Positions 8,510 to 16,550 of a stretch of DNA of 64,000 nt are shown in pieces. The stretch covers positions 2,413 through 66,412 of the forward strand of contig JAJFJC010000261.1 of the NCBI GenBank assembly GCA_021774385.1, given 5' to 3'. This stretch comes from Alphaproteobacteria bacterium (GTDB taxonomy: Bacteria > Pseudomonadota > Alphaproteobacteria > UBA8366 > GCA-2717185). Positions within the stretch are counted from its first letter, which is position 1. Every line of letters begins with the position of its first letter. The notes beneath the pieces were generated by a model. That model saw nothing but the letters and a program-made list of their open reading frames with translations. It was not told where the DNA came from and made no database searches. The translations under genes were made by a program, and so were the position numbers.

Positions 8510-9181
8510 CTACTTGATCAATTCCCGGAAATCCACATACGCCTTATCTTCCTCGCGTACGTGAAACCGCATACGCAGATGGCTGCGGTCTCCCCGAATA
8601 ACACCGACCTTAATGGTGTCCGGCGGTGCTCCGTTCGCGACGAGTTCCCGGGCGATGGCCACTGCTCGCAATTTTTGCGTTGTATTGGCTTCGCCTTTCG
8701 TCTCCACGTCATCTCCCAAAACAAACTGTAGTTCGTTTACAAAGCCCTGAGCCTTGTATGACAGCGCCTTGGACGTATTGACAAAAAGCGCACGCCGGTC
8801 AGAACGCAAATCAGCGCCACGCCCAAAGAAAAGCTCGTTTACCGGCATATCGACTTGCATCGTCCTTCCGTTGGAAAGACGGGTAACTTTGAGCAGCGGA
8901 ATTGACGCTACCCACAACCGTTCCAGTTCGTCGACAAGTTCCTCCGGCTCGGGAACCGGCGCGAGCGCAGAAATGTAAATTTCGGTCGACGTCGTTTCTT
9001 CATCGGGCGCTTGAAAAGTTAGTATTAAGGAGTTGATTACCGCACGTGTTTTGATTTCTTCACGCGTCGCCAAAGAATTTAGAAGAATAAAGAAAGCCAG
9101 TAGTAAAAGAAATAGACCCAAAAACAGAACAGGGCCGGAGTCTTTCACCGGCCCTGATTCATTGGGATTAAAGTCATCCAT
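8510..9181 (-). CDS. MotB-like paralogue lacking the channel Asp (single TM plus degenerate OmpA-like domain)
   Basis: 223 aa. The TM segment GPVLFLGLFLLLLAFFILLNSL has no acidic residue. The C-terminal RAVAIARELVANGAPPDTIKVGV is OmpA-like. It abuts motB with a 0-nt gap. Confidence 0.55.
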   Translation of the reverse strand: MDDFNPNESGPVKDSGPVLFLGLFLLLLAFFILLNSLATREEIKTRAVINSLILTFQAPDEETTSTEIYISALAPVPEPEELVDELERLWVASIPLLKVTRLSNGRTMQVDMPVNELFFGRGADLRSDRRALFVNTSKALSYKAQGFVNELQFVLGDDVETKGEANTTQKLRAVAIARELVANGAPPDTIKVGVIRGDRSHLRMRFHVREEDKAYVDFRELIK

Positions 9182-9518
9182 GACGAATATATTAATCTAT
9201 ATTTCGCTTATTCAAAACTCTCAAGTATCTTATCTATGTCATCTTGACTCGTTACGCCAGCGTCTAATTTTCATTCAATCGGCGAGATCACCGCAACACC
9301 CGTCTCCGACGAGAAGGTGTCGATCACGCCGCGCATAAATCAATGCGCCACCACAGAGAATTCTGAGTTACACGCCAAGATTCGGTCCCTCGCCCTAAAA
9401 CCCGGAACCATGCTGCCCTATAAGGGCAACCTGTAACGATTCCATAATCTCCTGCGATTTGACCGGACATTCGACGCCCTTGAGGCTTAGCAGCATCACG
9501 GTAGCCGGATGAATCGGC

Positions 9519-9905
9519 CTAGAATGCGCCGATTACACTCGACAATTTAGTCCGCAAAGTCGCGGCGTTAAACGGTTTGACGATATAGTTGTTAACGCCG
9601 GCTTCTTTGGCGGCAACAACATTTTCTGTCTTACTTTCGGCGGTAATCATAATGAAAGGCGTCTTTTTCAAGTTGCCGTCCGCGCGGACCTCTTTCAGAA
9701 GTTGCAGTCCTGTCATAGGGTCCATGTTCCAGTCCGAAATGACAAGGTTGAAATCGGAAGCTCTCAACTTTGTCAACGCTTCGCCGCCATCCATCGCTTC
9801 GTCTACATTGGTAAAACCAAGCTGTTTCAATAGATTGCGAATAATTCTTAACATAGTTTTATAATCATCAACGATGAGAATTGGCATATTCTTGTCAACG
9901 GCCAT
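9519..9905 (-). CDS. cheY: Single-domain CheY-like response regulator
   Basis: 128 aa. It has the receiver hallmarks ILIVDDYKTM, the phospho-acceptor context LVISDWNMDPMTG, IMITAES and YIVKPF. Confidence 0.85.
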   Translation of the reverse strand: MAVDKNMPILIVDDYKTMLRIIRNLLKQLGFTNVDEAMDGGEALTKLRASDFNLVISDWNMDPMTGLQLLKEVRADGNLKKTPFIMITAESKTENVVAAKEAGVNNYIVKPFNAATLRTKLSSVIGAF

Positions 9906-9985
9906 TTCAATAATCCCCGCTTAAGGCTTTGTCTGCGTCGCTTCAAAGGAAGCGTGTTTGATGCAGCTATAAAACCCTAAACGAG

Positions 9986-10000
9986 TTAATTCAGAGTTAA
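9986..10000. promoter_or_regulatory. Perfect TTAA-N7-TTAA (CtrA-box type) site upstream of cheY
   Basis: The sequence is TTAATTCAGAGTTAA. It sits 81-95 nt upstream of the cheY start (9905) and downstream of the motE-like stop (10053). Confidence 0.5.
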
Positions 10001-10052
10001 GCGCACGCGTTTTTTTAAAAACGAATATGCCGTCACTTCTAAGTCTTTAGAT

Positions 10053-10739
10053 TTATTTCGGGACTTTCGGGACGTTTTGTTTCTCGGCAAGCTGTTTCGT
10101 CAGCAACCGAGCCCGTTCGGCTTCCATGGCCGCGACAATCGGAGCAATCTTCCGCTCCTTCATACTCTGCATGACGTCAAGCAAGACTTTCATATCGAGA
10201 TCGTTGAAAATTTTCGCGGCGTCTTTTGGCTTCATATTCGAGTAAATGGCAACCAGGCGATTGAGCCGCTCCGCCTCTTCCTTTTCCTTGATATTGAGGA
10301 GTTTCTTGATTTCCTGTTTAATTTTTTTCAACTCAACTTGCTTTTCGACGAGGCGTTGCTCCGCCGCCTTTAACAATACAGCCCGCTGATCAAGCTTGCG
10401 CTCGCGACTGTCCAAGGCCTTCCGGCGTCCCCCCAATTCCTGAAGAAGGCGGATTTCCGAATAGCTCAACCTCGATACATCGCCAACTCCCGCATCTTCA
10501 CCTTTCTTCTTCTCGTTCAGCTTGGCACCCTTATCTGTTGCCGCAACCTGTTCAGGCTGGCCTTCCTTATTATCCAGCTTGTTTTCCGGTTCCTTCGGCT
10601 TCGTTTCGGCCAAAACCGGCGAGATTTCAATGGTGTCGCGCCTTTCCGAAACGGTCGTCCAAATATCACTCAGCTTGACCGAGAGCATTAAAGTCGCCAC
10701 GAAAATCAACACGGGAACGATTCTAATCGAAAATCGCAT
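10053..10739 (-). CDS. MotE-like / MgtE-N-domain flagellar protein (membrane-anchored, coiled coil)
   Basis: 228 aa with an N-terminal TM segment and a Lys/Glu coiled coil. The C-terminal segment LVAIYSNMKPKDAAKIFNDLDMKVLLDVMQSMKERKIAPIVAAMEAERARLL resembles the MgtE_N fold of MotE/FlbB-type proteins. Confidence 0.55.
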   Translation of the reverse strand: MRFSIRIVPVLIFVATLMLSVKLSDIWTTVSERRDTIEISPVLAETKPKEPENKLDNKEGQPEQVAATDKGAKLNEKKKGEDAGVGDVSRLSYSEIRLLQELGGRRKALDSRERKLDQRAVLLKAAEQRLVEKQVELKKIKQEIKKLLNIKEKEEAERLNRLVAIYSNMKPKDAAKIFNDLDMKVLLDVMQSMKERKIAPIVAAMEAERARLLTKQLAEKQNVPKVPK

Positions 10740-10742
10740 TTT

Positions 10743-11201
10743 CTATCTCATCCCCTGCAACGCCCGAAGCAGTTCCGCCTTGGATTTTCCGCGCTGTTCC
10801 TGGTCCGGCGTTTCGGGCGTCTCGTTCTCTGCTTCTTCCGCACGGGACAGCGGCTCGCTAGTCCGCGGTACAACTGTCCGGGACGCCTTAATCGCCGCTT
10901 CCAATCGATTGGCGAGTTCCTCACCCCGGTCCGTCATGAAGGCCAAATCGTCGCGAAGTTCTTGCGCCTTGCTTACATTTTCCTGCAATGTCGTCGCCGT
11001 CTCCGCAGCACTTGATTTCAAACGTGCAACACTCGCTTCGGCTCGGTTGGTGGACTGCGTAAAGGTCTGAATCAATGTATCCAATTCCGCCTTGTTCGCC
11101 TTCAGCGACGACAAGCTACGATTTAAACGAATCGCATATACGATTACCACAACGAGCAAAACGGCGCCAAGAACGTCAATCAAAAGTCCGATTTGGCCCA
11201 T
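10743..11201 (-). CDS. Membrane-anchored coiled-coil protein of unknown function in the fliLM operon
   Basis: 152 aa. It has an N-terminal TM segment (GLLIDVLGAVLLVVVIVYAI) followed by a helical region. The gap to fliM upstream is 4 nt and to the motE-like gene downstream 3 nt. I recognise no catalytic motif. Confidence 0.45.
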   Translation of the reverse strand: MGQIGLLIDVLGAVLLVVVIVYAIRLNRSLSSLKANKAELDTLIQTFTQSTNRAEASVARLKSSAAETATTLQENVSKAQELRDDLAFMTDRGEELANRLEAAIKASRTVVPRTSEPLSRAEEAENETPETPDQEQRGKSKAELLRALQGMR

Positions 11202-11205
11202 GAAT

Positions 11206-12321
11206 TCACTCCATCAGACGTTCGTCGACCCGAACGGCAACCGAGCCGCTCTTTCGGCCCATCGATGCGACGAACAACGGCACCGCGCCACATCTAAGTA
11301 TAACCTTACTATCCGGTTTCGCCTGCAACTGAATTTGTGTACCAACTTCCCAGTTCATTACGTCATTTAACGGCAAGAAAATTTCATCCAGCACGGCTTC
11401 CACACCAACCTCGGTAAACCATAGTTCCGTAGCCAGATGGTTTTCCCAAATCGAGTCACGGCCGAACTTTTCGCCCATGAACATTTGCAAAAGCAACTCA
11501 CGGACTGGCTCCAACGTCGCATATGGCAACATCAACTCGAGGCGCCCGCCACGATCTTCCATATCGATTCGCAACCGCGCCAGAATAGCCGCGTTTGCGG
11601 GCCGCGCAATCGTCGCGAAACGCGGGTTCGTCTCCAGCCGATCAAACCGGAACGTAACCGAGCTCAAAGGATCAAAGGCCGCTGAGAGGTCCGCGAGAAC
11701 GACATTGACCATGCGTTCGACTAAACCGCGCTCGATCGTCGTATAGGGTCTGCCTTCAATACGCATCGCTGCGGTGCCACGACGCCCACCGAGAAGAACG
11801 TCGACGATGGAATAAATTAGTGAGCTGTCGACCGTGATTAGACCGTAATTATCCCACTCTTCGGCCTTGAACACCGAAAGCATCGCGGGCAAAGGAATGG
11901 AGTTGAGATAATCGCCAAATCGTATCGATGTAATATTGTCGAGGCTGACCTCGACATTGTCCGACGTGAAGTTGCGCAACGAGGTCGACATCATGCGAAC
12001 GAGGCGATCATAAACAACCTCGAGCATCGGCAGGCGCTCATAAGACACCATGCCGCTATCGATGATAGCCTCGATTCCCGCCCGGTCGCCACCGGCACCA
12101 TCACCGTCCTGGAATCCTAGGAGACTATCGATTTCGTCCTGGTTGAGCACGCGCGTCGAAGCACCGTCGCCATCGCCATCGTCTTCCGCCATCGCGGCCC
12201 ATTCATCCGCCACGGCTTCATCATCGCCACCGCCGTCACCATCGCCTTCTTCGGCCATGGCAGCCCATTCCTCCGCGACCTTGTCGTCATCAACTTCTTC
12301 GTTGTCGTCTTCGTCAGCCAT
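11206..12321 (-). CDS. fliM: Flagellar C-ring switch protein FliM with an unusual 57-aa acidic N-terminal extension
   Basis: 371 aa. The CheY-P binding motif LNQDEIDSLLG is at residues 59-69 rather than at the extreme N-terminus. The FliM middle domain and a C-terminal SpoA-like domain (NWEVGTQIQLQAKPDSKVILRCGAVPLF) follow. Confidence 0.9.
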   Translation of the reverse strand: MADEDDNEEVDDDKVAEEWAAMAEEGDGDGGGDDEAVADEWAAMAEDDGDGDGASTRVLNQDEIDSLLGFQDGDGAGGDRAGIEAIIDSGMVSYERLPMLEVVYDRLVRMMSTSLRNFTSDNVEVSLDNITSIRFGDYLNSIPLPAMLSVFKAEEWDNYGLITVDSSLIYSIVDVLLGGRRGTAAMRIEGRPYTTIERGLVERMVNVVLADLSAAFDPLSSVTFRFDRLETNPRFATIARPANAAILARLRIDMEDRGGRLELMLPYATLEPVRELLLQMFMGEKFGRDSIWENHLATELWFTEVGVEAVLDEIFLPLNDVMNWEVGTQIQLQAKPDSKVILRCGAVPLFVASMGRKSGSVAVRVDERLME

Positions 12322-12369
12322 TATTCATTAATCCGAAATTGCGCAGGTAGCATGGTTTCACCCAAGCAA

Positions 12370-12897
12370 TTATTGTACCAGGATTTCTCTGAACAGTACG
12401 TCCTTAACCTTGACGGGATGCGTCGCAGCGTTCACTCGTGATAACAATTCCTCCTTGATGCGATAAATTCCCTGCGATCCCTGCAGTTCCTCTACTCGCA
12501 GTTCACGCAAGAATACCTGAAAATTGTCAATGATTCTCGGCATCACGGTCGTGACACGGGGTTCCTCAAGAGGATCTCCTATTTCCAGGCTGACACGTAG
12601 TTTTAGAAAACTCTGCTTGCGCCCCTTACTCGCCAACGTAACGAGCATTTCATCGAGGTCGATATAGTGTCCGGGCGTCTCCGCTTCCTTGACTTCCTCT
12701 TCTTTGACCTCCTCCTCCGGAGCGGCTCCCAAGAAAGAGTCTAGCAACCCACTAAAATAAACCCCTGCCCCGGCGCCCCCAATAAGCAGTATTGGCAAAA
12801 CGATAAACAAAATGAGCTTTTTGCCACCAAATCCACCACCGCCGGATTCTTCCTCGTCGGCGACTTCATCTTCGTCTTCTTCGACTTCTTCGCTCAT
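12370..12897 (-). CDS. fliL: Flagellar basal-body-associated protein FliL
   Basis: 175 aa with an acidic N-terminus and a single TM segment (LILFIVLPILLIGGAGAGVYF). The FliL core is YIDLDEMLVTLASKGRKQSFLKLRVSLE. It lies upstream of fliM. Confidence 0.85.
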   Translation of the reverse strand: MSEEVEEDEDEVADEEESGGGGFGGKKLILFIVLPILLIGGAGAGVYFSGLLDSFLGAAPEEEVKEEEVKEAETPGHYIDLDEMLVTLASKGRKQSFLKLRVSLEIGDPLEEPRVTTVMPRIIDNFQVFLRELRVEELQGSQGIYRIKEELLSRVNAATHPVKVKDVLFREILVQ

Positions 12898-13067
12898 GGC
12901 ACCCGAACAAGCAGTTTCTAGTTAATGAATTAATAACAAACTCTATTCTTGATCTTGGTCAATATATCACTTCATTTGAATAATAGTTAATTCTTTTAAA
13001 AGACAGAGACTAAGTTTCAAGACATCAGCACCGCCGTTCAATGCACCCGCGACGGCAAGAAGTACCC

Positions 13068-13080
13068 GGCAAAGCCTGCC
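13068..13080. promoter_or_regulatory. Dyad GGCAA-N3-CTGCC, candidate enhancer (FlbD-type) site for the flgF promoter
   Basis: The sequence is GGCAAAGCCTGCC, one mismatch to GGCAA-N3-TTGCC. Its centre is about 87 bp upstream of the sigma-54 promoter at 13154. An extra GGCAA half-site lies at 13054-13058. Confidence 0.4.
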
Positions 13081-13153
13081 AAGATTCCTTTGTAATGATT
13101 TGGAACGTCAATTCAAATCCAGCTAGCTTATTGATTTATCTATCTATTCGACA

Positions 13154-13168
13154 TGGCATACCCCGTGC
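13154..13168 (+). promoter_or_regulatory. Candidate sigma-54 promoter of flgF-flgG-flgA-flgH
   Basis: The sequence TGGCATACCCCGTGC has correct GG-N10-GC spacing. It lies 44 nt upstream of the flgF ATG at 13212. Confidence 0.6.
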
Positions 13169-13211
13169 ATCCGCAATGCATAGCGCACGAAATCAACGAT
13201 TCAGGGTTTTC

Positions 13212-13940
13212 ATGGAAAATACAGGGTACATCGCACTATCTCGGCAGTTGACGCTAAGGCGCGAACTAGATGTTGTCGCAAACAATATCGCGAATATGAA
13301 CACGCCTGCCTATAAAGCGGAACGCTTGATTTTTCGTGAGTTCATCCAAAAACCGGAGCCTAACCAGCCGCATTCCTTTGTCCAGGATATAGGCATGTCC
13401 CGAAACTTGACCGAAGGGCCGGCTTCGCCCACGGGAAACCCGCTCGATCTTGCGATTTCGGGTCCGGGTTATTTTGCCGTCGAAACCCCCGAAGGTATCC
13501 GATATACGCGCCATGGCCGCCTCCAACTCGACGCGCAAGGACAATTGATCAATAGCCAAGGCGCACCAGTCCTGTCTGGAAACGGCGCCCCAATCACCAT
13601 ACCGAATGGAACAGGCACCATCACGATTGCAACGGATGGGACGCTTTCCGGCGACGCCGGCCTTATCGGCAAAATTGGTCTTTCCGAATTCGCCGACGAA
13701 GGCAAACTCAAACGTGATGCGAACGGTCTTTACAGTGCCGGGGGCCAGCAGCCGGAAGCCGCGACCAAAACCAAGGTGATGCAGGGCATGCTTGAGCAAT
13801 CGAATGTCCAGCCAATTCTTGAAATGACCCGGATGATCAACGTTCACCGCTCCTATCAGTCAGCCCAAAGACTGATTTCCTCCGAACACGAACAATCCAT
13901 GCGCGCGATCAACAAGCTTATGCGCGCACGACAAGGTTAG
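13212..13940 (+). CDS. flgF: Flagellar proximal rod protein FlgF
   Basis: I chose the internal ATG at 13212 because the track ORF from 13041 would cover the promoter. The N-terminus is MENTGYIALSRQLTLRRELDVVANNIANMNTPAYK and the C-terminus is SNVQPILEMTRMINVHRSYQSAQ. Confidence 0.88.
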   Translation: MENTGYIALSRQLTLRRELDVVANNIANMNTPAYKAERLIFREFIQKPEPNQPHSFVQDIGMSRNLTEGPASPTGNPLDLAISGPGYFAVETPEGIRYTRHGRLQLDAQGQLINSQGAPVLSGNGAPITIPNGTGTITIATDGTLSGDAGLIGKIGLSEFADEGKLKRDANGLYSAGGQQPEAATKTKVMQGMLEQSNVQPILEMTRMINVHRSYQSAQRLISSEHEQSMRAINKLMRARQG

Positions 13941-13953
13941 GGAATAAAACACC

Positions 13954-14739
13954 ATGCGATCACTGAATATCGGCGCCACGGGAATGCTCGCTCAACAGCT
14001 AAATGTTGAGGTTATTTCCCACAATATCGCCAATATGAACACCACAGCATTCACGCGCAGGCGCGCCGAATTTCAAGACCTCTTATACCAAAACCTACGG
14101 CGCGTCGGCTCTGAATCCTCTGACACCGGCACGATCGTTCCGGCCGGCGTACAGATTGGTCTTGGCGTTAAGACGGCCGCCGTCTACCGCATCACCGAAC
14201 AAGGCAATCTGACGCTCACCGAGAATACGTTCGATGTTGCGATCAATGGAGAGGGTTATTTCCAAATTACCCTTCCCAATGGCGACACCGCCTATTCACG
14301 GGCCGGTTCATTCCAAATTAGCGCGGATGGCGAACTCGTCAGCGCCGATGGGTTCACTGTCGAACCGGCTATCACCATTCCGACAGATGCGGTGGACGTA
14401 TCGATAAATGCGAGTGGACAAGTTCTTGTTCAACAAGATGGACAAGTTGCGCCAGCCAATGTCGGACAGCTTCAGCTGGCCATCTTCTCGAACGAGGCCG
14501 GTTTGTTGGCTATCGGTGACAATTTGTTCCTTGAAACGCCCGCTTCAGGAACCGCGACGACGGGGAACCCTGGTTCCACGGGCATCGGCACGCTTCAACA
14601 AGGTTTTCTGGAAACATCGAACGTTAACGTCGTTGAGGAAATTACCAATCTCATTACCGCGCAGCGTGCCTACGAAATGAATTCGAAGGTTATCGAAACT
14701 TCCGATCAGATGATGTCAACCGTTAGCAACATCCGTTAG
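13954..14739 (+). CDS. flgG: Flagellar distal rod protein FlgG
   Basis: 261 aa. The N-terminus is MRSLNIGATGMLAQQLNVEVISHNIANMNTTAF and the C-terminus is SNVNVVEEITNLITAQRAYEMNSKVI. Confidence 0.92.
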   Translation: MRSLNIGATGMLAQQLNVEVISHNIANMNTTAFTRRRAEFQDLLYQNLRRVGSESSDTGTIVPAGVQIGLGVKTAAVYRITEQGNLTLTENTFDVAINGEGYFQITLPNGDTAYSRAGSFQISADGELVSADGFTVEPAITIPTDAVDVSINASGQVLVQQDGQVAPANVGQLQLAIFSNEAGLLAIGDNLFLETPASGTATTGNPGSTGIGTLQQGFLETSNVNVVEEITNLITAQRAYEMNSKVIETSDQMMSTVSNIR

Positions 14740-14750
14740 TAAGGACCCAA

Positions 14751-15716
14751 GTGATGCTTGCCAGGCAATCCATATTTACAATTCTTGCCGTCCTTGTTCT
14801 GCTGTACAGCATTCCCTCTCCCGCGGCGGTGCCGGCAAGCCTGCGCACGAATATCCTCGTCGAAGGCGATACGATCAGGTTACGCGATGTATTCAATGGC
14901 GCCGGCACGCACGGGGACAAGATTATCGCCTACGCCCCTTCGCCCGGACGCAAGCTTATATTGGAAGCGACCTGGCTTTTTCGCGTCGCTCGCGCATACA
15001 AGGTGAGATGGCGCCCCTCAAGCCGACTCGACCGAACCATCGTCGAACGCCGCAGTCAGGTCATCGGCACAGCTCAGATCATCGAAACGCTTATTGCCGG
15101 GCTACGGAAAGACGCGAACCTCACAGACAATGTGGAGATTGAACTCGACAACCGCGTCTTCCGTATTCATCTGCCCGTTGAGGCGACCCCCCAAATAACG
15201 GCGCGGTCGATTTCCTATGAACCAAGAAGCGGACGGTTTTCCGCCGTTTTGGCGACTACGGACGGCGATACCGGTGCATTGCAATTTTCGGTAACCGGCA
15301 ACGCCCATAAAGTCGTCGAGGTCCCCACATTAGCGCAACGCCTCTACACCAGCGATATTATCGGCGAACGCGATATCGTCTGGAAACCCATGCGTGTCAA
15401 TCGGTTAGATCCACGGACGGTACTGAATACCGAAAAAATGATTGGCCTAAGTCCCCGCAGACCGATCGTTGCGGGCCGCGCCATCCTAACCACGGAAATA
15501 CAGCCTCCCACCCTCGTGCGCCGCGGCAAACGCGTCACGATATTCCTACACACACCAAGGATGCGATTGACCGTGTTGGGTAAGTCGCTTGAGAACGGTG
15601 GAAAGGGTGACGTCGTACGGGTCCAAAATATCGATAGCGGTTCGACGATCGAAGCGGTCGTCATTGGCCCCGAACGCGTCGCTGTCACCGCCAACAGTTC
15701 TTTTACGCTGAACTAA
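14751..15716 (+). CDS. flgA: P-ring assembly chaperone FlgA
   Basis: 321 aa with a signal peptide. The C-terminal segment RGKRVTIFLHTPRMRLTVLGKSLENGGKGDVVRVQNIDSGSTIEAVV is typical of FlgA. It sits between flgG and flgH. Confidence 0.8.
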   Translation: MMLARQSIFTILAVLVLLYSIPSPAAVPASLRTNILVEGDTIRLRDVFNGAGTHGDKIIAYAPSPGRKLILEATWLFRVARAYKVRWRPSSRLDRTIVERRSQVIGTAQIIETLIAGLRKDANLTDNVEIELDNRVFRIHLPVEATPQITARSISYEPRSGRFSAVLATTDGDTGALQFSVTGNAHKVVEVPTLAQRLYTSDIIGERDIVWKPMRVNRLDPRTVLNTEKMIGLSPRRPIVAGRAILTTEIQPPTLVRRGKRVTIFLHTPRMRLTVLGKSLENGGKGDVVRVQNIDSGSTIEAVVIGPERVAVTANSSFTLN

Positions 15717-15734
15717 ATTAGGTCTTAGAGAGCA

Positions 15735-16493
15735 ATGAATCATACTGCGAAAATTGCACAACGTATCCTGCTCATCGCGATGTTTTCAATCGCTGTTTCC
15801 GGCTGCAACGCGCTTAGTCGATTGTCGAAAATGGGTACGGAACCAACGATTTCATCAATCGAAAATCCCACGACAAAGCCTGGCTACAAACCGATAAGCA
15901 TGCCAATGCCCGCGCCCGTCCAAATTTCTCACAACCCGAGTTCCTTATGGCGGAAGGGATCGCGCGCCTTCTTCAAAGACCTTCGCGCCAGTCAAGTCGG
16001 CGATATTGTCACTGTCACGATCGCGGTGGACGATGAAGCAGAACTCGACAATCAAACCACACGGACCCGCGCAACCGACGAGGATGCCGATGCCATTGCC
16101 TTATTTGGATATCAAGGGGCGTTGGGGGCTATTCTTCCCGAAGCAGTCAACCCGAATAGCCTATTGGATATAAATAGCGCCACCACCAATACCGGTACGG
16201 GTACGATCGAGCGCGAAGAGCAAATCACCCTGCAGGTCGCGGCGGTGGTGACTCAAGTGTTGCCGAACGGAAACTTAGTCCTTCATGGCCGACAAGAAAT
16301 GCGAGTTAATTACGAAGTTCGTGAAATTCAAATTGCCGGCGTCATAAGGCCGCAAGACGTAGACACGCAAAATACCGTTGCGCACGAGAAGATCGCCGAA
16401 TTGCGGGTTGCCTATGGCGGCAGGGGCCAAATATCAGACTTCCAGCAACCCCGTTACGGCACGCAAATCATCGACATAATATTCCCATTCTAG
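15735..16493 (+). CDS. flgH: Flagellar L-ring lipoprotein FlgH
   Basis: 252 aa with a lipobox, IAVSGC. The conserved blocks are LFKDLRASQVGDIVTVTI and GNLVLHGRQEMRVNYEVREIQIAGVIRPQDV. Confidence 0.9.
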   Translation: MNHTAKIAQRILLIAMFSIAVSGCNALSRLSKMGTEPTISSIENPTTKPGYKPISMPMPAPVQISHNPSSLWRKGSRAFFKDLRASQVGDIVTVTIAVDDEAELDNQTTRTRATDEDADAIALFGYQGALGAILPEAVNPNSLLDINSATTNTGTGTIEREEQITLQVAAVVTQVLPNGNLVLHGRQEMRVNYEVREIQIAGVIRPQDVDTQNTVAHEKIAELRVAYGGRGQISDFQQPRYGTQIIDIIFPF

Positions 16494-16517
16494 GGATCGC
16501 GTAACAATCGGACACAT

Positions 16518-16542
16518 GGGATTGATGCGTCGCATCAATCCC
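16518..16542. terminator. Bidirectional stem-loop between convergent flgH and dksA
   Basis: GGGATTGATGCG-T-CGCATCAATCCC is a perfect 12-bp inverted repeat. It lies in the 57-bp gap between the two stop codons. Confidence 0.6.
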
Positions 16543-16550
16543 GAAGCGTT

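Noticed and set aside
9276-9283. Possible sigma-28 -10 element (minus strand GCCGATTG) upstream of the motB-like operon.
   Set aside because: There is no TAAA-type -35 element at the required 15-nt spacing. No fliA gene is in the window, and the regulatory set present is the sigma-54/CtrA type.
13041-13211. Upstream extension of the flgF ORF (track start 13041).
   Set aside because: The extension would cover the GG-N10-GC promoter and the dyad. The conserved FlgF N-terminus (MENTGYIALSRQ) begins at 13212.
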